From assembly GCA_028717685.1 (NCBI GenBank), contig JAQUNI010000003.1:311-64310 (forward strand): DNA of 64,000 nt, written 5' to 3'. Below the pieces are notes generated by a model. It saw nothing but the letters and a program-made list of their open reading frames with translations, did no database searches and was not told where the DNA came from. This DNA is from Patescibacteria group bacterium (lineage in GTDB: Bacteria > Patescibacteriota > JAQUNI01). Shown piece by piece: positions 62,712 to 64,000 of the stretch (its first letter is position 1; every line of letters begins with the position of its first letter). Position numbers and translations under genes: made by a program.

Positions 62712-64000
62712 TTATTCCAGAATCCTTCCCACCCCAATTACCTTTTTACCTATTTTTTTCTGAAAATAGTTTTTTCCATCAATAACAATCGTGTTTTTAC
62801 TGATGAGTTTTTTGGAATCTCTTTGCAGCGCGTCATGATCCGTGGCGACAATAACAAGATCATAAGCTAGAAGACCGGCTTTTAGCGCGGGTTTAAAACC
62901 TAATTTTTTGATTTCTATTTTAGAATAAAAAGGATCATAAACCTGAAAAGGGATGTTTTTCTTTTTTAATGCCAAAGCAACGGTTAAAGCGGGTGATTCG
63001 CGCAAATCCTTAATATTTTTTTTGTAAGCTAAGCCATATAACAATATTTTATTCCCGGGATGATAATTGTTGATTATTTTCTGCGTAAACCATTGAGGCA
63101 TCTCTCGGTTTGTCTTAAGAGCCGCAGAGAGCGCGGGCATTGTTAAGCCATACTGGCTAGCCAAACCAGTTAAATAATGGGGATCGATGGGTATACAATG
63201 TCCACCTGTGCCGAGTGATGGCCAATGGGCTTGAAAACTCCATTTTGTGGATGCAGCTTTAATTACTTCCAGCACATCAAGGTTCATTTTTTCGCAAAGG
63301 CGCGCAAACTCATTAACAAGAGCGATATTCAAGGCACGGTAAGAATTTTCTAACATCTTGGCGCCTTCCGCCACTTCGGGGCTTTCCACGGTAATAAGAG
63401 GCGCTTTAATAAATTTTTTATAAATTTGATAAGCCCTCTCACTACTTTGCTGATCAACTCCCCCGATAAGCTTAGCGATATTTTCAGTTTTATTTCTTGT
63501 GCCGGGATCCACTCTTTCTGGAGAGCAAACCAAAGAAAAATCGCGTCCCATTTTAAGCTTTGACCTTTTTTCTAAAATATTGCCGATTATCTCGCGGGTT
63601 GTGCCAATTGCGACCGTGGATTCGTTGATGACTACTGCACCCTTTTGAAGATAGATGCCTATTTTTTCCGTCGCGTTTTTAAGCAGACTGATATCTGGCT
63701 GAAGTTGCGCATTCACTGGCGTAGGCAGACAAATGAAGACCGCGTTGCATTGCTTTAATGCCTCGAATTGTAAAATAGGTGTCAATTTTTTCTTTATGAT
63801 AGCTTGGCGGAGAGCTTCTGTAAGACTGGCATCAGCCAAGTAGTTCATTTGTTTTTTTAGCATTCCTATTTTTTGGCGGTCTTTGTCAATGCCAAAAACG
63901 GTAAAGCCAGCCTTGGCGGCAAGAACAGCCAAGGGTAAACCTACGTAACCTAAGCCTACCACAGCAATGCGGATAGCGGCATTTTGGGTTTTTCTTACTT
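62712..64000 (-). CDS. Nucleotide-sugar dehydrogenase (UDP-N-acetyl-hexosamine dehydrogenase, WecC/WbpA/TviB-like), 5' end beyond the window.
   Basis: IAVVGLGYVGLP NAD-binding N-terminus, catalytic GGHCIPID, and the UDP-binding C-terminal domain. The frame is open to the window edge. Confidence 0.8.
   Translation of the reverse strand, partial: VRKTQNAAIRIAVVGLGYVGLPLAVLAAKAGFTVFGIDKDRQKIGMLKKQMNYLADASLTEALRQAIIKKKLTPILQFEALKQCNAVFICLPTPVNAQLQPDISLLKNATEKIGIYLQKGAVVINESTVAIGTTREIIGNILEKRSKLKMGRDFSLVCSPERVDPGTRNKTENIAKLIGGVDQQSSERAYQIYKKFIKAPLITVESPEVAEGAKMLENSYRALNIALVNEFARLCEKMNLDVLEVIKAASTKWSFQAHWPSLGTGGHCIPIDPHYLTGLASQYGLTMPALSAALKTNREMPQWFTQKIINNYHPGNKILLYGLAYKKNIKDLRESPALTVALALKKKNIPFQVYDPFYSKIEIKKLGFKPALKAGLLAYDLVIVATDHDALQRDSKKLISKNTIVIDGKNYFQKKIGKKVIGVGRILE

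Noticed and set aside
63962-63964. Listed start of the UDP-sugar dehydrogenase at 63962.
   Set aside because: It is a GTG. The frame is open to the window edge and encodes the canonical N-terminus (IRIAVVGLGYVGLP) upstream of it, so the gene is treated as 5'-partial.

Overview
This window is moderately AT-rich, gene-dense bacterial DNA. Both strands are used and most intergenic spacers are short. The gene content (PFOR plus acetate-kinase fermentation, a type IV pilin, a giant surface fibre, a very large glycosyltransferase locus) fits a small-genome fermentative organism, possibly Patescibacteria/CPR-like. That placement is inference only.

The window reads as four blocks.

(1) 1..5580: the 3' 5.6 kb of a giant repeat-rich fibre-like surface protein. 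It is truncated at the window start and ends in a tail-fibre-type intramolecular chaperone (peptidase S74-like) motif plus coiled coil.

(2) 5.8..22 kb, housekeeping genes: iscS/iscU, a MazG-like NTP pyrophosphatase, a coiled-coil M23 peptidase, gltX, thpR, a complete AmmeMemoRadiSam triad (radical SAM, Memo, AMMECR1), priA, def, fmt, rnhA and recJ.

(3) 22..32 kb on the minus strand: a type IV pilin, then a fermentation operon (PduL-type phosphotransacylase, acetate kinase, 2-oxoacid:ferredoxin oxidoreductase alpha/beta/gamma), then murD, pgeF, mraY, a D,D-carboxypeptidase and scpB.

(4) 32.5..64 kb: a roughly 30 kb cell-surface glycan locus.
- a Wzx-like flippase
- GT2, GT4 (at least six) and GT-C glycosyltransferases
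- an HldE-like nucleotidyltransferase and a Gmd-like dehydratase
- a CDP-paratose-2-epimerase-like SDR and a polysaccharide deacetylase
- a NeuB nonulosonate synthase fused to a xylose-isomerase-like TIM barrel
- NeuA and a TagF-like/sialyltransferase-like GT-B protein
- the YfhO/GtrB-like/YdjC trio, a MurJ-like flippase and a WecC-like UDP-sugar dehydrogenase (truncated at the window end)

The most unusual features are non-coding.
- Several families of small GC-rich palindromic elements. Two copies sit in-frame inside glycosyltransferase genes, as Rickettsia palindromic elements do.
- A roughly 125 bp nested palindrome present twice.
- Site-specific tandem arrays of 6-9 bp degenerate words that form long imperfect palindromes at many gene boundaries. 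Some supply the C-terminal codons of adjacent genes.

No rRNA, tRNA or CRISPR array could be supported.
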